DNA of 64,000 nucleotides from Candidatus Eiseniibacteriota bacterium (GTDB lineage: Bacteria > Eisenbacteria > RBG-16-71-46), in the NCBI GenBank assembly GCA_963776245.1, contig CAVZLN010000006.1, positions 160,001 to 224,000 on the forward strand, read 5' to 3'. Of the stretch, positions 19,815-33,238 are shown piece after piece. A program made the position numbers and the translations under genes. How positions within the stretch are numbered: position 1 is the first letter of the stretch; every line of letters begins with the position of its first letter. Below the pieces are notes generated by a model. It saw only the letters and a list, made by a program, of their open reading frames with translations. It was not told the DNA's origin and did no database searches.

Positions 19815-20924
19815 GCGGACTCCTTCCTCTTCAGCCAGGCGTCGATGAACGGGTCGATGTCGCCGTCGAGCACGCGCGTGCACGTCGCCGATCTTGGTCT
19901 CGGTGCGATGGTCGTTCGCCATGGTGTAGGGCTGGAGCACGTACGAGCGGATCTGGCTCCCGAAGTCGATGTCCTTCTTGGGCGCCGGCGAGCGCCTCGG
20001 TCTTGGCGCGCGCCTGCTGCCTCGGTGCAGGCACGAACAGGCGCGACATGAGGATCTTCATGGCGAACGTCGTTGTTGCGGTGCTGGCTGCGCTCGGCCT
20101 GCGACTGCACGACGATGCCGGTCGGCAGGTGGGTGATGCGCACCGCCGACTCGGTCTTGTTGACGTGCTGGCCGCCCGCGCCGCTGGCGCGCATGGTGTC
20201 GACGCGCAGGTCGCCCGGGGCGATCTCGACCTTGATCGTGTCGTCGAGCATCGGCAGCACCGCCACCGACGCGAACGAGGTGTGCCGGCGCTTGGCGGCG
20301 TCGTAGGGCGAGATGCGCACCAGCCGGTGCACGCCGCTCTCGGCCTTGAGGTAGCCGTAGGCGTACTCGCCGTCGATCTCGAGCGTGGCGTCCTTGATGC
20401 CGGCCTCGTCGCCCGGCTGGAGGTCGAGCATCTCGGCCTTGTAGCCATGGCGCTCGGCCCAGCGCAGGTACATGCGCATGAGCATCTCGGCCCAGTCCTG
20501 CGACTCGGTGCCGCCCGCGCCCGGATGGATCGAGACGATGGCGCCGAGCCGGTCGTGCTCGCCCGAGAGCAGGCTGCGCGTCTCGAGCTCGGACGACCTG
20601 GGTCTCGAGCACGCCCATCTCGCGTTCGACCTCGGCCAGCATCTCCTGGTCGCTCTCCGCCTCGGCCAGGTCGAGCAGCTCGGCGAGGTTGGCCGCGGCC
20701 GAGGCGCGCGCGCCGTAGTCGTCGAGCGTGCGCTTCGCCGACTTCAGCGCGGCGACGACACGCTGCGCGTCCTCGTGGCGGTCCCAGAAGCCGGACTCGG
20801 CCATCCGCGCCTCGTAGGCCGCGACGTCGGACGCGTCTTCTCGACGTCAAAGGTACCTCCGCAGCCCGTCGAGGACGGTGCGGGTCTGGTCGAGGCGCTT
20901 GCGGAGTTCGGCGGTGGTCAGCAT
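19811..20924 (-). CDS. prfB: Peptide chain release factor 2, with programmed +1 frameshift plus additional apparent indels
   Basis: [57 protein letters not shown]; short [14 protein letters not shown]...RRYL ends at CTT TGA. Confidence 0.93.
20846..20860 (-). promoter_or_regulatory. prfB programmed +1 frameshift site with internal Shine-Dalgarno
   Basis: Minus strand GGAGGT-AC-CTTTGAC. Confidence 0.93.
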
Positions 20925-20942
20925 CGCTGGGGGTTCCCTTTC

Positions 20943-21582
20943 CTACGCCCGGCGGCGCGCCACGATGCGCGCCAGTGCGGCGCGCGCCGCGCGCGCCAGA
21001 TCGTCTGCGCTGCCACGGTTGTCGATCACCTCGTCCGCCGCGGCGGCGAACGCGTCGCTGGTGCGCTGGGCGCCGAGCCGGGCGCGCGCCTCGTCGCCGG
21101 TCCAGCCCCGCGCGCGCACCAGTCGCGCGACCAGCTCGTCCTCGGGCGCCGTGACCGCGATCACCGCGTCGCACTCGCCCTCGAACCCCCACTCCAGCAG
21201 CAGGGCCGCGTCCACCACCACCGCGCCACCGTGACCGGCCGCGCGCAGGCGGTTCAGTTCGGCGCGCAGCCGCTCCACGATGCGCGGGTGCGTCAGCGCG
21301 TCGAGCCGCGCGCGCGCCGCCGGATCGGCGAACACGTCCGCGGCGACGCGGCGGCGGTCGAGCGTGCCGTCGGCGCGGTACACCGCGGGGCCGTACTCGG
21401 CGACCAGCGCGCGGCGCACCTCGGGATCCTGGTCGGTGACCGCGTGACCGAGCGCGTCCGCCGAGATGATCGCGGCGCCGTCCGCGGCGAGCTCCCGGGC
21501 CACCCGGCTCTTGCCGCTGCCCGCGCGGCCCACCAATCCGACGATCACCAGCCCGTCGCCCGGATCCGCGCGTCGCGCGCGC

Positions 21583-21593
<11 letters not shown>
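20943..21593 (-). CDS. coaE: Dephospho-CoA kinase
   Basis: [48 protein letters not shown]. Confidence 0.9.
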
Positions 21594-24501
<2,908 letters not shown>

Positions 24502-24507
24502 GCCCGC

Positions 24508-25230
24508 CTACCCCGCGCGCCGGGCGACCAGCAGCTTGTTGACGCGCGGGCCGCGGCCCGCGCCGAGGGCCAGCAGCGCGCGGTCGAGCGCCAGCAGCAT
24601 GCCCGGCACGCGATTCATGAACCGGAACATGCCCAGCTCGCTGTTGAGCAGCACGTGCGTGGGCCGCGGCGGGGCGAGCGTGAGCCCCACGCCCTCGAGC
24701 AGTACGCGGTAGCGGGACAGCGGTCGCATGGTGTTGTGCTCGGCCAGCGGCAGCTCGGAGAAGGTGTCGGTCACCAGCAGCAGGCCGCGCGGCGCCACGG
24801 CCGCGCCGAGATGGCGCACCGCGGCCTCCCAGCGCAGGTCGTCGGTGATGTGATAGAGCACGTCGAACGCGTTCACCAGGTCGTAGCGCTCGGCGATCGG
24901 GGCCTCGCTCACGTCGCCGAGCAGGAACCGGGCCTCGGGGTGGCGCTGGCGGAGGCGCTCCACCGAGGTCGGCGCGATGTCGATCCCGGTCACCCGCGCG
25001 CCGCGCGCGAGGTGGTAGGCGGTGAAGAAGCCGGTGCCGCAGCCCACGTCGAGCACGCTCTTCCCGCGCGGGTCGAAGCCGGCGGCGGCGAGCGCCGCGT
25101 CGAGCACGTCGCCGCGCAGCGCGTAGCACGCGCGGTTGTACGCCAGCGACAGACCGGGCTCGCCGGTGCCGCGCAGGTCGAACTGCTCGCGCAGCCGCTG
25201 GTCCCAGAACTCCCGCGGCTGATAGGTCAC
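24508..25230 (-). CDS. Class I SAM-dependent methyltransferase
   Basis: VLDVGCGTG, VTGIDI, YDLVNAFDVLYHI. Confidence 0.85.
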   Translation of the reverse strand: MTYQPREFWDQRLREQFDLRGTGEPGLSLAYNRACYALRGDVLDAALAAAGFDPRGKSVLDVGCGTGFFTAYHLARGARVTGIDIAPTSVERLRQRHPEARFLLGDVSEAPIAERYDLVNAFDVLYHITDDLRWEAAVRHLGAAVAPRGLLLVTDTFSELPLAEHNTMRPLSRYRVLLEGVGLTLAPPRPTHVLLNSELGMFRFMNRVPGMLLALDRALLALGAGRGPRVNKLLVARRAG

Positions 25231-25847
25231 CGGCGGCTCCCCGCGGCGCGCGAGGCGGCGCGGCGTGGCGCGGCGCGGTAGAGCCCGCGGCGCGTGATCA
25301 GGCGCGCGACCGCCTCGGGCACCAGGTAGCCGACCGAGCGTCCGGCGCGCACGCGCGCGCGCAGCGCGCTCGAGGAGACCTCGAGCCCGGGGTTGCCGAG
25401 CCACGCCACGCGCCAGCCGGCGCGCGGGCGGCGGCGCCGCGCGCCCGGCCGCAGCGCCACGGCGAGGGTGGCGAGGCGCGCGATGGCCTCGGGCTCGCGC
25501 CAGCTGTCGAACTCGCGCAGGCTGTCCTCGCCCATCAGCAGGTAGAGCCGCGCGCCCGGGAAACGCGCACGCAGAGCGCGCAGCGTGTCCACGGTGAACG
25601 ACGGGCCGCGGCGCCGCGCCTCGAGCGGCACCACCTCGAACGCGGCGTGCCCGCGGATGGCAGCGCGGGTCATCGCCAGCCGGTCGGCGGGGCTCGAGAG
25701 GTCGGCGCGGTGCTTGTGGGGCGGCGTGCCCGCGGGCACGAACAGCACGCGATCGAGGCGGAGCGCGTCGCGCGCCCATTCCGCCAGCGCCAGGTGCCCG
25801 ACATGCGGGGGATCGAAGGTGCCGCCGAAGACGCCGAGCCGCATCAT
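25227..25847 (-). CDS. nadD: Nicotinate-nucleotide adenylyltransferase
   Basis: GVFGGTFDPPHVGH, PPHK, SFTVDTL, LLMGED, VSSSALR. Confidence 0.93.
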   Translation of the reverse strand: MMRLGVFGGTFDPPHVGHLALAEWARDALRLDRVLFVPAGTPPHKHRADLSSPADRLAMTRAAIRGHAAFEVVPLEARRRGPSFTVDTLRALRARFPGARLYLLMGEDSLREFDSWREPEAIARLATLAVALRPGARRRRPRAGWRVAWLGNPGLEVSSSALRARVRAGRSVGYLVPEAVARLITRRGLYRAAPRRAASRAAGSRR

Positions 25848-26677
25848 GGCGTGGCGCCGGGTTCGCCCTCCGCCTTCGGGATCGGCTTGGGGGGCCGGGT
25901 CGGCTTGATCTTCCCCGCCGCGATGCGACCGCGCTCCTGCGCGGCGCGCGCGGCGAGCGGCGTGCCGGGGAAGCGCGTCTCGAGATCCTGCAGCGTGGCG
26001 ATGCCCTCGTCGCGCTTCCCGTCGCGCGCGTCGCACAGCGCGAGCCCGAGCAGGGCATCGCCGACCAGCGGCGTGTCGCCGTACTCGTCCACGACCTTCT
26101 GGTAGTACATGCGCGCCGGGTGGTTGTAGCGCATCTTCCAGTAGAGGTCCGCGGTGTCGAGGGTCTTCCGGGCCAGCCGCGTGCGCGCCATCACCCGGCG
26201 TTGCACGCCCTCGGCGTGGCGCACGTGGTCGGGGTAGCCGCTCAGGTAGGAATCCCACTGCGTGACGGCCTTCTGGGTGTCCTCCTGGTCGAAGTCCACG
26301 CCGCGGGCGCCGCCCCAGAACGCTTCGCCCAGCAGGAACGAGGCGCTGCCGGCGGAATCGCTCTCGGGGAAGTCGCGCAGCAGCCGCTCGAACTCGGTCT
26401 GGGCGTTGGTGTAGTCCTTCTGCTGCAGGTAGCACACGCCGATCAGGACGATGGCCTCGTCCACCTTCTCCGCGCCGCCGTTGTTCTGGATGTAGGTCTT
26501 GAGCAGCTCGGTGGCGTTGCCCCAGTCGCCCCGCGCCATCAGCCCGCGCGCGGCGGTCAGCCGTTCGGACTCGGAATGCACCTGCGGCAGCGTGGCGGCG
26601 CCGCACCCGGCGAGCGCGAGCGCCGCGAGCAGGGCGACGGCGAGGCGCACCGCGCGCGATCCCGGTCGGGCGCCCAT
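25844..26677 (-). CDS. bamD: Outer-membrane assembly lipoprotein BamD
   Basis: Lipobox LALAGC; TPR helices; FERLLRDFPES, DFDQEDTQKA, YYQKVVDEY. Confidence 0.8.
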   Translation of the reverse strand: MGARPGSRAVRLAVALLAALALAGCGAATLPQVHSESERLTAARGLMARGDWGNATELLKTYIQNNGGAEKVDEAIVLIGVCYLQQKDYTNAQTEFERLLRDFPESDSAGSASFLLGEAFWGGARGVDFDQEDTQKAVTQWDSYLSGYPDHVRHAEGVQRRVMARTRLARKTLDTADLYWKMRYNHPARMYYQKVVDEYGDTPLVGDALLGLALCDARDGKRDEGIATLQDLETRFPGTPLAARAAQERGRIAAGKIKPTRPPKPIPKAEGEPGATP

Positions 26678-27426
26678 CACGGGCGGTTCTGGAAGAAGAG
26701 GCCGACCAGCCCGGCCACCACCGCCACCACGATGACCGGCTCGACCACCTTGTCCAGGTTGCGCTGGGGCACCTCGCTCCGCAGGTCGGTGTAGCGCGGG
26801 TCCTCGACCAGCGGCACCGAGCCGCGCGGGAACGCGTCGATCAGGTTGAAGGCCGCGTCGCCGGTCCACAGCACGCGCGCGCTGCGCGGGTCGCGCAGCG
26901 TCAGCGAGCCCTCGACCAGCCCCTGGCGCTCGATCTTCACGCGGCCCGGCAGCCAGCCGACCAGCCGCAGGTAGCTCACGCGCGCGGTGGCGAGCTGGTA
27001 CTCGAGCACCGGGTCGCCGGCGGTGCCGCCGACCGTGGCGAGGCTGTCGTCCGGGATCAGCGAGCGGCGCACCGTCGCGCTCACCCCGCTCCGGGCGAGG
27101 TGCCGCAGGATGGCATGCTCGACCACGAAGTTCAGCGGATGGCTCTCGGCGGGCGCCAGCACGACGTGCCCCCCGGTGTCCACCGGAGCGCCGGCGAGCC
27201 CGCGGTCGAAGGCGGTGTGCGCGACCAGGCTCACCAGCTGCAGGTTGGTGGCCGGCAGGCGCGGGCCGCGGGCGCGCACGATCGGCTGAAGGTCCATCTG
27301 GGAGACCGAGTACGCCGTGTCCGCGGGCGCCTTGGGACCGCTGGCGTAGCGGAACTTCTTGGCCTGGGCTGCCGCCGGGACCAACAGCAGACCCGCCAGC
27401 GCCACGGCAAGCCACGCTCGTATCAC
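26677..27426 (-). CDS. Hypothetical exported protein with C-terminal hydrophobic helix
   Basis: Signal peptide (AAAQA), C-terminal VVEPVIVVAVVAGLVGLFF; overlaps neighbours in the operon. Confidence 0.65.
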   Translation of the reverse strand: MIRAWLAVALAGLLLVPAAAQAKKFRYASGPKAPADTAYSVSQMDLQPIVRARGPRLPATNLQLVSLVAHTAFDRGLAGAPVDTGGHVVLAPAESHPLNFVVEHAILRHLARSGVSATVRRSLIPDDSLATVGGTAGDPVLEYQLATARVSYLRLVGWLPGRVKIERQGLVEGSLTLRDPRSARVLWTGDAAFNLIDAFPRGSVPLVEDPRYTDLRSEVPQRNLDKVVEPVIVVAVVAGLVGLFFQNRP

Positions 27427-28832
27427 GAGGATCCTTTCGACAGGTGCAGGAACGCCGGCTCGGGCCGCTCCACCCGGGCGAACAGATCGTACGCGGTCGC
27501 CCCGGTGATGCGCACCTTCACCAGTGTCCCGGGCTGTAGATGCTCCCCTTCCACCACCACACCGCCGTCCACCTCCCAGGCGGACCCGGCGGTGCGCGCG
27601 GCATACTGGCCGTGTCCGGCCGCTCCGTCAATCAGGACCGGGACCACCTCCCCGATGCGCCGGCGCAGGCGTTCCCGCGACAGGCGCTGCTGGAGGGCCA
27701 GCAGGCGCGCCCGGCGGCTGCGGCGCGCGGCCACCGGCACGCGCGGAGTCATACTATACGATGGGGTCTCGGGTTCCCGTTCGTACGAGAACACCACCAG
27801 ATGGTCGAACCCCTCCTCCTCCAGGTAGCGCTCGAGGGTGGCGAAATGCTCCTCGGTCTCGCCGGGGAAGCCGACGATGAAGTTGGTCCGGAACGACACC
27901 CCGGGGATGCCCGCCTTGATGCGCCGCACCAGCCCGCGGGTCTGCTTCTCGGTCATGGCGCGCCCCATGGTGCGCAGCACGTCCTGGGCGATGTGCTGGA
28001 GCGGCATGTCCACGTACGGCACCACCCGCCGGGCCCGCGCCCAGGTCGCGATCAGCCGGTCGTCCCACAGCCGGGGGTAGGTGTACTGCACCCGGATCCA
28101 GTGCAGGCCCTCCACCGTGTCGAGGGCCTCGAGCAGATCGGCGAGCCCCGGCCTGCCCGGCAGATCGGTGCCATAGCCGGTGGTGTCCTGCCCGATCAGG
28201 TTGAGCTCGCGCACCCCCTGCTTCGCCAGCATCTCGGCTTCCGCCACCACCTCGTCGATCGGACGGCTCCGCTGGTCGCCACGCAGGCGCGGGATGATGC
28301 AGAAGGTGCAGCGGTGGTCGCAGCCCTCGCTGATCTTGAGGTAGGCGAGATGGCGCGGGGTCGAGAGCGCGCGCGGGGTGAGGGCGTCGAGGGCCCCGCC
28401 CGGGTACTCGGTGTTCGCGACGCGCGCCTGGCCGCCGCCGAGCACGTGGGCGGCGGCCTGGATCACCTCGCGCCACTGCCCGGTGCCCAGCACCGCGTCC
28501 ACCTGGGGGAACTCGTCGAGCAGCGACTCACCCTCGCGCTGCGCGAGGCAGCCGGTGACCAGCAGCGCCCGCAGGCGCCCGTCGCGCTTGAGCTGGGCCA
28601 CCGCGGCGATGGCGTCCTTGGACTCGCGCACCGCGCTGGTAAGGAAGGCGCACGTGTTCACCACCGCGACGTCGGCCTCGGCCGGGTCGGCCACCGTGCG
28701 GTAGCCCGCGCCGATGAACAGGCCGAGCATCTTCTCGGAGTCCACCGTGTTCTTCGGACACCCGAGGGTGACGAAGGCCAGGGTGGGCAGCGGGCGCGCG
28801 GGCCGGCGCGCCGGGCGTCGCGTCGGCGTCAC
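27423..28832 (-). CDS. rimO: Ribosomal protein S12 methylthiotransferase RimO
   Basis: TLGCPKNTVDSE, VNTCAF, YLKISEGCDHRCTFCIIP, DMPLQH, FIVGFPGETEE, TRAM C-terminus. Confidence 0.92.
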   Translation of the reverse strand: MTPTRRPARRPARPLPTLAFVTLGCPKNTVDSEKMLGLFIGAGYRTVADPAEADVAVVNTCAFLTSAVRESKDAIAAVAQLKRDGRLRALLVTGCLAQREGESLLDEFPQVDAVLGTGQWREVIQAAAHVLGGGQARVANTEYPGGALDALTPRALSTPRHLAYLKISEGCDHRCTFCIIPRLRGDQRSRPIDEVVAEAEMLAKQGVRELNLIGQDTTGYGTDLPGRPGLADLLEALDTVEGLHWIRVQYTYPRLWDDRLIATWARARRVVPYVDMPLQHIAQDVLRTMGRAMTEKQTRGLVRRIKAGIPGVSFRTNFIVGFPGETEEHFATLERYLEEEGFDHLVVFSYEREPETPSYSMTPRVPVAARRSRRARLLALQQRLSRERLRRRIGEVVPVLIDGAAGHGQYAARTAGSAWEVDGGVVVEGEHLQPGTLVKVRITGATAYDLFARVERPEPAFLHLSKGSS

Positions 28833-31117
28833 TCGAACCCCCGGTCCTCCAGCCAATGGTCGTCGACCAGCACGTCACGGGCCTTGCTGCCCTGGAACGG
28901 CCCGACCACGCCGAGGGACTCGAGCTGGTCCATCAGCCGCCCGGCGCGCGAATAGCCCACCTTGAGGCGGCGCTGGAGCAGCGAGGTCGAGCCCTGCTGG
29001 TGGGACACCACCAGCCGCGCCGCCTCCTTGAGCAGCTCGTCGTCGAATCCCTCCTCGCCGCCCTCGGCCTCCTCCTCGGCTTCGATCATCGCCGGTTCGA
29101 CGGCGAGCGGGGCCACCGCCGCCGGGTTGGCCTTGGCGCGCCAGAACTCGACCACGCGCGCGGTCTCCTCCTCGGACACGTAGGCGCCGTGGACGCGGTA
29201 GGGCTCGGGCTTGCCCGCGGGCGTGAACAGCATGTCGCCGTGGCCGAGCAGGTTCTCCGCGCCGTTCATGTCGAGCACGGTGCGCGAGTCGGTCTTGCTC
29301 GCGACCTGGAACGCGATCCGCGACGGGAAGTTGGCCTTGATCACGCCGGTGATCACGTCCACCGACGGCCGCTGGGTCGCGAGCACCAGGTGGATCCCGA
29401 CCGCGCGGGCCATCTGGGCGAGGCGCGCGATCGGCTCCTCGATCTCGGCCGGCGCGGTGAGCATGAGGTCCGCGAGTTCGTCGACCACCACCACGACGAA
29501 CGACAGCCGCTCCGGCAGCGGACCGACCTCGCCGCCGACGCCGGGCGCGGCCGGCACCAGACCCGCCGCGATCTTGTCGTTGTACGCGGCGATGTTGCGC
29601 GCGCCGCAGGTGGCCATGAGCTTGTAGCGCTTCTCCATCTCGGAGACCGCCCAGCGCAGCGCGCGGCTGGCGCGCTTCGCCTCGGTGACCACCGGCATGA
29701 CCAGATGCGGGATGCCGTTGTAGGCCGAGAGCTCGAGCATCTTGGGATCCACCATCACCATCTGCAGCGTGCGCGGGCCGTGCTGGTAGAGCAGCCCGGT
29801 GATGACCGCGTTCAGGCACACGCTCTTGCCCGAACCGGTGGCCCCCGCGATCAGCACGTGCGGCATCCGGGTGAGGTCGGCCACGAATGGCACGCCCACC
29901 ACGTCGACCCCGAGCGGCACCTTGAGCGCGGCATCGCTGCCCTCGTATTGCGGGCTCGACAGCACCTCGCGCAGGTACACGGTGCGGCGGCGGCGGTTCG
30001 GGATCTCCACGCCCACCGCGCCCTTGCCCGGGATGGGCGCGAGGATGCGGATGCGCTGCGCCCGCAGCGCCAGCGCCAGGTCGTCCTCGCGCGAGACGAT
30101 CTGGTTCACCTTCACGCCCGGCGCGGGCTCGAATTCGAACGTGGTCACCACCGGCCCGGGATGGATCTCGGTGACGCGGCCATGGATGTCGAAGTCCGCC
30201 AGCTTCGCGGTGAGCAGGTTCGCCTCGGCGGTGAGGTCGGTGGCGGTGATGAGGTCCTCGGGCTGCGCCGGCATCGACAGGAGAGACAGCGAGGGGAACT
30301 CCTCCACGGTCTCGCCCGCGCCGCCCGCGGCCGCGCCATTGGCGCCCTTCGGCGCGGGTCTGGGCTTCTGGCGCTGGATGCTCGGCAGCCCCAGCGGCAG
30401 CCGCGCCTGGCCCCGGCGCTCCTCCTCGCTCGCGTCCTCGGCGGGCTCGGGCGTCGCGGCCGGTGCCGCGGCGCGCGCCCGCGCGCCCTCCTCGGCCTCC
30501 GCGCGCACCACCCTCGGCTTCGCCCGGGAGCGCGTCTTCTGCGCCTTCTCCCGGCGCTCCTGCCATGCGTCCCATGCGCCCGCCGCGCCGCGCGCCGGGG
30601 TCATGACGGCGCCATGCAGCAGGCGCGCGATCCAGTGGAAGCCCAGTTCGCTCGCGAGCAGCACGGTGACCCCGAACAGCGCGCCCGCCACTATCCACGA
30701 GCCCAGGGGCCCCAGCGCCGAGTGGAGCGCGAGCGCGGCGGCGAAGCCCCAGCCGCCCGCCCACGCCCAGCGGTCGAGGCCGCCGAGTCCGAGCAGGGTG
30801 CACACCTCGAACACCAGCAACACGCCCACCAGCGACGAGATCGCCAGCGGTCGCGGTTCGGCGGCGCGCAGGCGGTTCCACGCCCAGGCAGCGCCGAGCA
30901 CCGGAACGCCGAACGAGGCGAGGCGTCCGAGCGCCCAGGTCAGCCCGAAGGCGAGGGTCGCCCCGACCGGACCGCAGGTGTTGGCCGCGGTCCACGGCGC
31001 GTAACCCGGGAGCGGGGGCTCGAAGGTGGCGAGACTGGCCGCGGTCAGCACCGCGAAGGCGCCGAGCAGCAGGGCGAGGACCTGACGTTGACGGTCGGCG
31101 GAGATGGAGTGGGCCAC
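28829..31117 (-). CDS. ftsK: DNA translocase FtsK
   Basis: N-terminal TM domain; PHVLIAGATGSGKS, VDELADLM, LATQRPSVDVITG, gamma domain SLLQRRLKVGYSRAGRLMDQLE. Confidence 0.96.
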   Translation of the reverse strand: MAHSISADRQRQVLALLLGAFAVLTAASLATFEPPLPGYAPWTAANTCGPVGATLAFGLTWALGRLASFGVPVLGAAWAWNRLRAAEPRPLAISSLVGVLLVFEVCTLLGLGGLDRWAWAGGWGFAAALALHSALGPLGSWIVAGALFGVTVLLASELGFHWIARLLHGAVMTPARGAAGAWDAWQERREKAQKTRSRAKPRVVRAEAEEGARARAAAPAATPEPAEDASEEERRGQARLPLGLPSIQRQKPRPAPKGANGAAAGGAGETVEEFPSLSLLSMPAQPEDLITATDLTAEANLLTAKLADFDIHGRVTEIHPGPVVTTFEFEPAPGVKVNQIVSREDDLALALRAQRIRILAPIPGKGAVGVEIPNRRRRTVYLREVLSSPQYEGSDAALKVPLGVDVVGVPFVADLTRMPHVLIAGATGSGKSVCLNAVITGLLYQHGPRTLQMVMVDPKMLELSAYNGIPHLVMPVVTEAKRASRALRWAVSEMEKRYKLMATCGARNIAAYNDKIAAGLVPAAPGVGGEVGPLPERLSFVVVVVDELADLMLTAPAEIEEPIARLAQMARAVGIHLVLATQRPSVDVITGVIKANFPSRIAFQVASKTDSRTVLDMNGAENLLGHGDMLFTPAGKPEPYRVHGAYVSEEETARVVEFWRAKANPAAVAPLAVEPAMIEAEEEAEGGEEGFDDELLKEAARLVVSHQQGSTSLLQRRLKVGYSRAGRLMDQLESLGVVGPFQGSKARDVLVDDHWLEDRGFE

Positions 31118-31374
31118 GCGTCTCGGAGGGGATGTCCCGCGGACGATGGACGCGCCGGCGGAGTCCGGTCCGCATCGCGTCCCAAACGGTCCCGGCGGCA
31201 GGACGACGGCGGGTCCGGTCGCCCGCCTCCCTGGCGAGCGCACGGGGGCATTGTCCTACAGGGCGCCGTAGCGGGGCAATGACGGAGATGGAGGCGCCGG
31301 GCAGCGAGTCGAAGGCCGATCCGCGTCGTCAGCCGGCGTCGCGGGACCGTCCGCTTCGGTGCGCTCCTTCCGCG

Positions 31375-31488
31375 CTATCTCTTGAAGAACTCGATCCAGA
31401 CCCCATGGGTGGACACCGGAGGGACGAGGACGCCCCGGCCGTACGGTCCGTTGTACGGGTCGAAGGACCACCTGCTGTTCGTGGACAT
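31375..31488 (-). pseudogene. 37-aa ORF, possible 3' remnant of a VOC/glyoxalase-family cassette
   Basis: MSTNSRWSFDPYNGPYGRGVLVPPVSTHGVWIEFFKR; the tail resembles the VOC C-terminal strand (..PxSTxGVxIE..); too short for the ORF track. Confidence 0.3.
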
Positions 31489-31490
31489 GC

Positions 31491-32468
31491 TCAGCTCGCC
31501 GGAATGATGACGACCTTGCCTTCGGCGTGTCCCTCGCCAAAGTACGAGATGGCGTCACCCGCATGGCTCAGCGGGTACGTCCGACCGACGACCGGCTTCA
31601 GCTTGCCGGATTCGATGAGTCCCTTCAGGACGATCAGATCGGCGCGCTCCGGGCGTTCCGAGCACACGCGGATCCGCTGCGGCACGAACAGCGAGAGCAG
31701 CGGCGCCTGGATCAGGAGGACGCCGGTGCTCGCGAACCATCGCTTGTAGAACTGACCGCCGTTGGGCACCAGCGTGCCGCTGCGATCGAGCGCACGAAGG
31801 AGCTCGGTCAGCGAGTGCCGCAGCACGTTGTCGAGGATGAGGTCGTAGCGTTCTGAGCCCCGGGTGAAGTCCTCACGCGTGTAGTCGATGACGTCGTCGG
31901 CGCCCAGCGAGCGGACCAGCTCCTGCTTCGAGGTGCTGCACACGCCGGTCACGTGCGCGCCGAAGGACTTCGCGATCTGGACGGCGAACGTCCCGATGCC
32001 GCCGCCCGCGCCGACGATGAGCACCTTCTGTCCCGCCCGGATCCGGCCGGAGTCGCGGAGCGCTTGGAGCGCGGTCAACGCGGCCATCCCGGTGGCCGCC
32101 GCCTGCTCGAACGTGATGCCGGCCGGCTTGGGAACGAGGTGCTCTTCCCTCGCGACCGCGTACTCCGCGAACGTGCCGACACCGACGCCGAAGACCTCGT
32201 CCCCGACGGAGAGCCGGGTCACATCCGCGCCGAGCGCCTCGACCGTGCCCGCCAGGTCGGTGCCGCGGATGCCGAGACGGGGCCTGCGCAGTCCGAACGC
32301 CGCGCGCACGATGTAGGGCACGCCGTGCACCCCCGCCCAGTCCGGCGGGTTCAGCGAGGCGGCACGGACGCGCACGAGGACTTCGTCCGCGCCGATCGCG
32401 GGAGTGTCGACGTCCTCGAGCCGCATGACGTCGGGCGTGCCATACTCTCTGTGAACTGCGGCCTTCAA
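31491..32468 (-). CDS. NAD(P)-dependent oxidoreductase, MDR/zinc-ADH-like (cassette)
   Basis: EVLVRVRAASLNPPD, GAGGGIGTFAVQIAK, GADDVIDY, GKVVI; TTG start with GAGGGGAG RBS. Confidence 0.88.
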   Translation of the reverse strand: MKAAVHREYGTPDVMRLEDVDTPAIGADEVLVRVRAASLNPPDWAGVHGVPYIVRAAFGLRRPRLGIRGTDLAGTVEALGADVTRLSVGDEVFGVGVGTFAEYAVAREEHLVPKPAGITFEQAAATGMAALTALQALRDSGRIRAGQKVLIVGAGGGIGTFAVQIAKSFGAHVTGVCSTSKQELVRSLGADDVIDYTREDFTRGSERYDLILDNVLRHSLTELLRALDRSGTLVPNGGQFYKRWFASTGVLLIQAPLLSLFVPQRIRVCSERPERADLIVLKGLIESGKLKPVVGRTYPLSHAGDAISYFGEGHAEGKVVIIPAS

Positions 32469-32497
32469 GCTCCCCTCAGGCGATTCCTGGATGGTCG

Positions 32498-32557
32498 GTC
32501 GAACGCTCGGGTTCAGCGGCCGCGCGCTGCGCCGTCCGCTGTAACCGGTGGTCAGGC
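32498..32557 (-). repeat. attC site (60 bp)
   Basis: GCCTGAC-CACCGGTTACAGCGGACGGCGCAGCGCGCGGCCGCTGAACCCGAGC-GTTCGAC; upstream gene's TGA lies in the inverse core. Confidence 0.85.
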
Positions 32558-33211
32558 GCCAGGGCGCCGAAGAACGACATGCGTGGCCTTCTCCGACGCC
32601 ACGAACTGAACGCACTCGTATCCTGAAGCCCGCAGGTCCACTCCCTCGAACAGTCGTTCTCCACCACCCAACAGGACTGGCGAAATGGCGATGTGCAACT
32701 CATCGATGAGCGCGGCATGCAGATACTGCCGCAGGATGTTGGGGCCACCGCCGATGCGTACGTCCTTTCCGTTGGCTGCCTCACGCGCCCGGTCCAGTGC
32801 TTCATGGATACCGCCGGTGACGAAATGGAATGTCGTATCGCCCTTCATCTCGACGGGCGGTCGCGCGTGGTGGGTCAGGATGAACACCGGGACGTGATAG
32901 GGCGGATCGTCCCCCCACCAGCCTTTCCAGCTCGCGTCGGGCCACGGTCCGCGGATCGGTCCGAACATGTTCCTTCCGAGGATCCAGGCACCCACATCCT
33001 TGAAGCCACGCGCGGCGAAATCGTCATCGATCCCGGTCGTGCCGCCGTCGGCGCCGAACAGAGCCCGCTGGAACGTGCGCGTCGGGACCAACCAGTGGTG
33101 CAAGTCCGTCCCGCCCACGCCGAGCGGATGATCGAGGTCCTGGCCCGGACCAGCCCCGTATCCGTCCAGCGAGATGGTGAAGCCCTCCACTCGTACTCGT
33201 GTCACTCGCAT
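32552..33211 (-). CDS. Dihydrofolate reductase/RibD C-terminal family protein (cassette)
   Basis: ISLDGYGAG, ILGRNMF, PVFILTHH, VRIGGG, IDELHIAISPVLLGGGERLF. Confidence 0.85.
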   Translation of the reverse strand: MRVTRVRVEGFTISLDGYGAGPGQDLDHPLGVGGTDLHHWLVPTRTFQRALFGADGGTTGIDDDFAARGFKDVGAWILGRNMFGPIRGPWPDASWKGWWGDDPPYHVPVFILTHHARPPVEMKGDTTFHFVTGGIHEALDRAREAANGKDVRIGGGPNILRQYLHAALIDELHIAISPVLLGGGERLFEGVDLRASGYECVQFVASEKATHVVLRRPGA

Positions 33212-33238
33212 GTCCCCCTGCTTGGATCGGCGGTCCCC

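Noticed and set aside
32552..33211. Possible trimethoprim-resistance dfr cassette
   Set aside because: Sequence fits the broad RibD-C/DHFR-like family rather than dfrA/dfrB; resistance cannot be claimed
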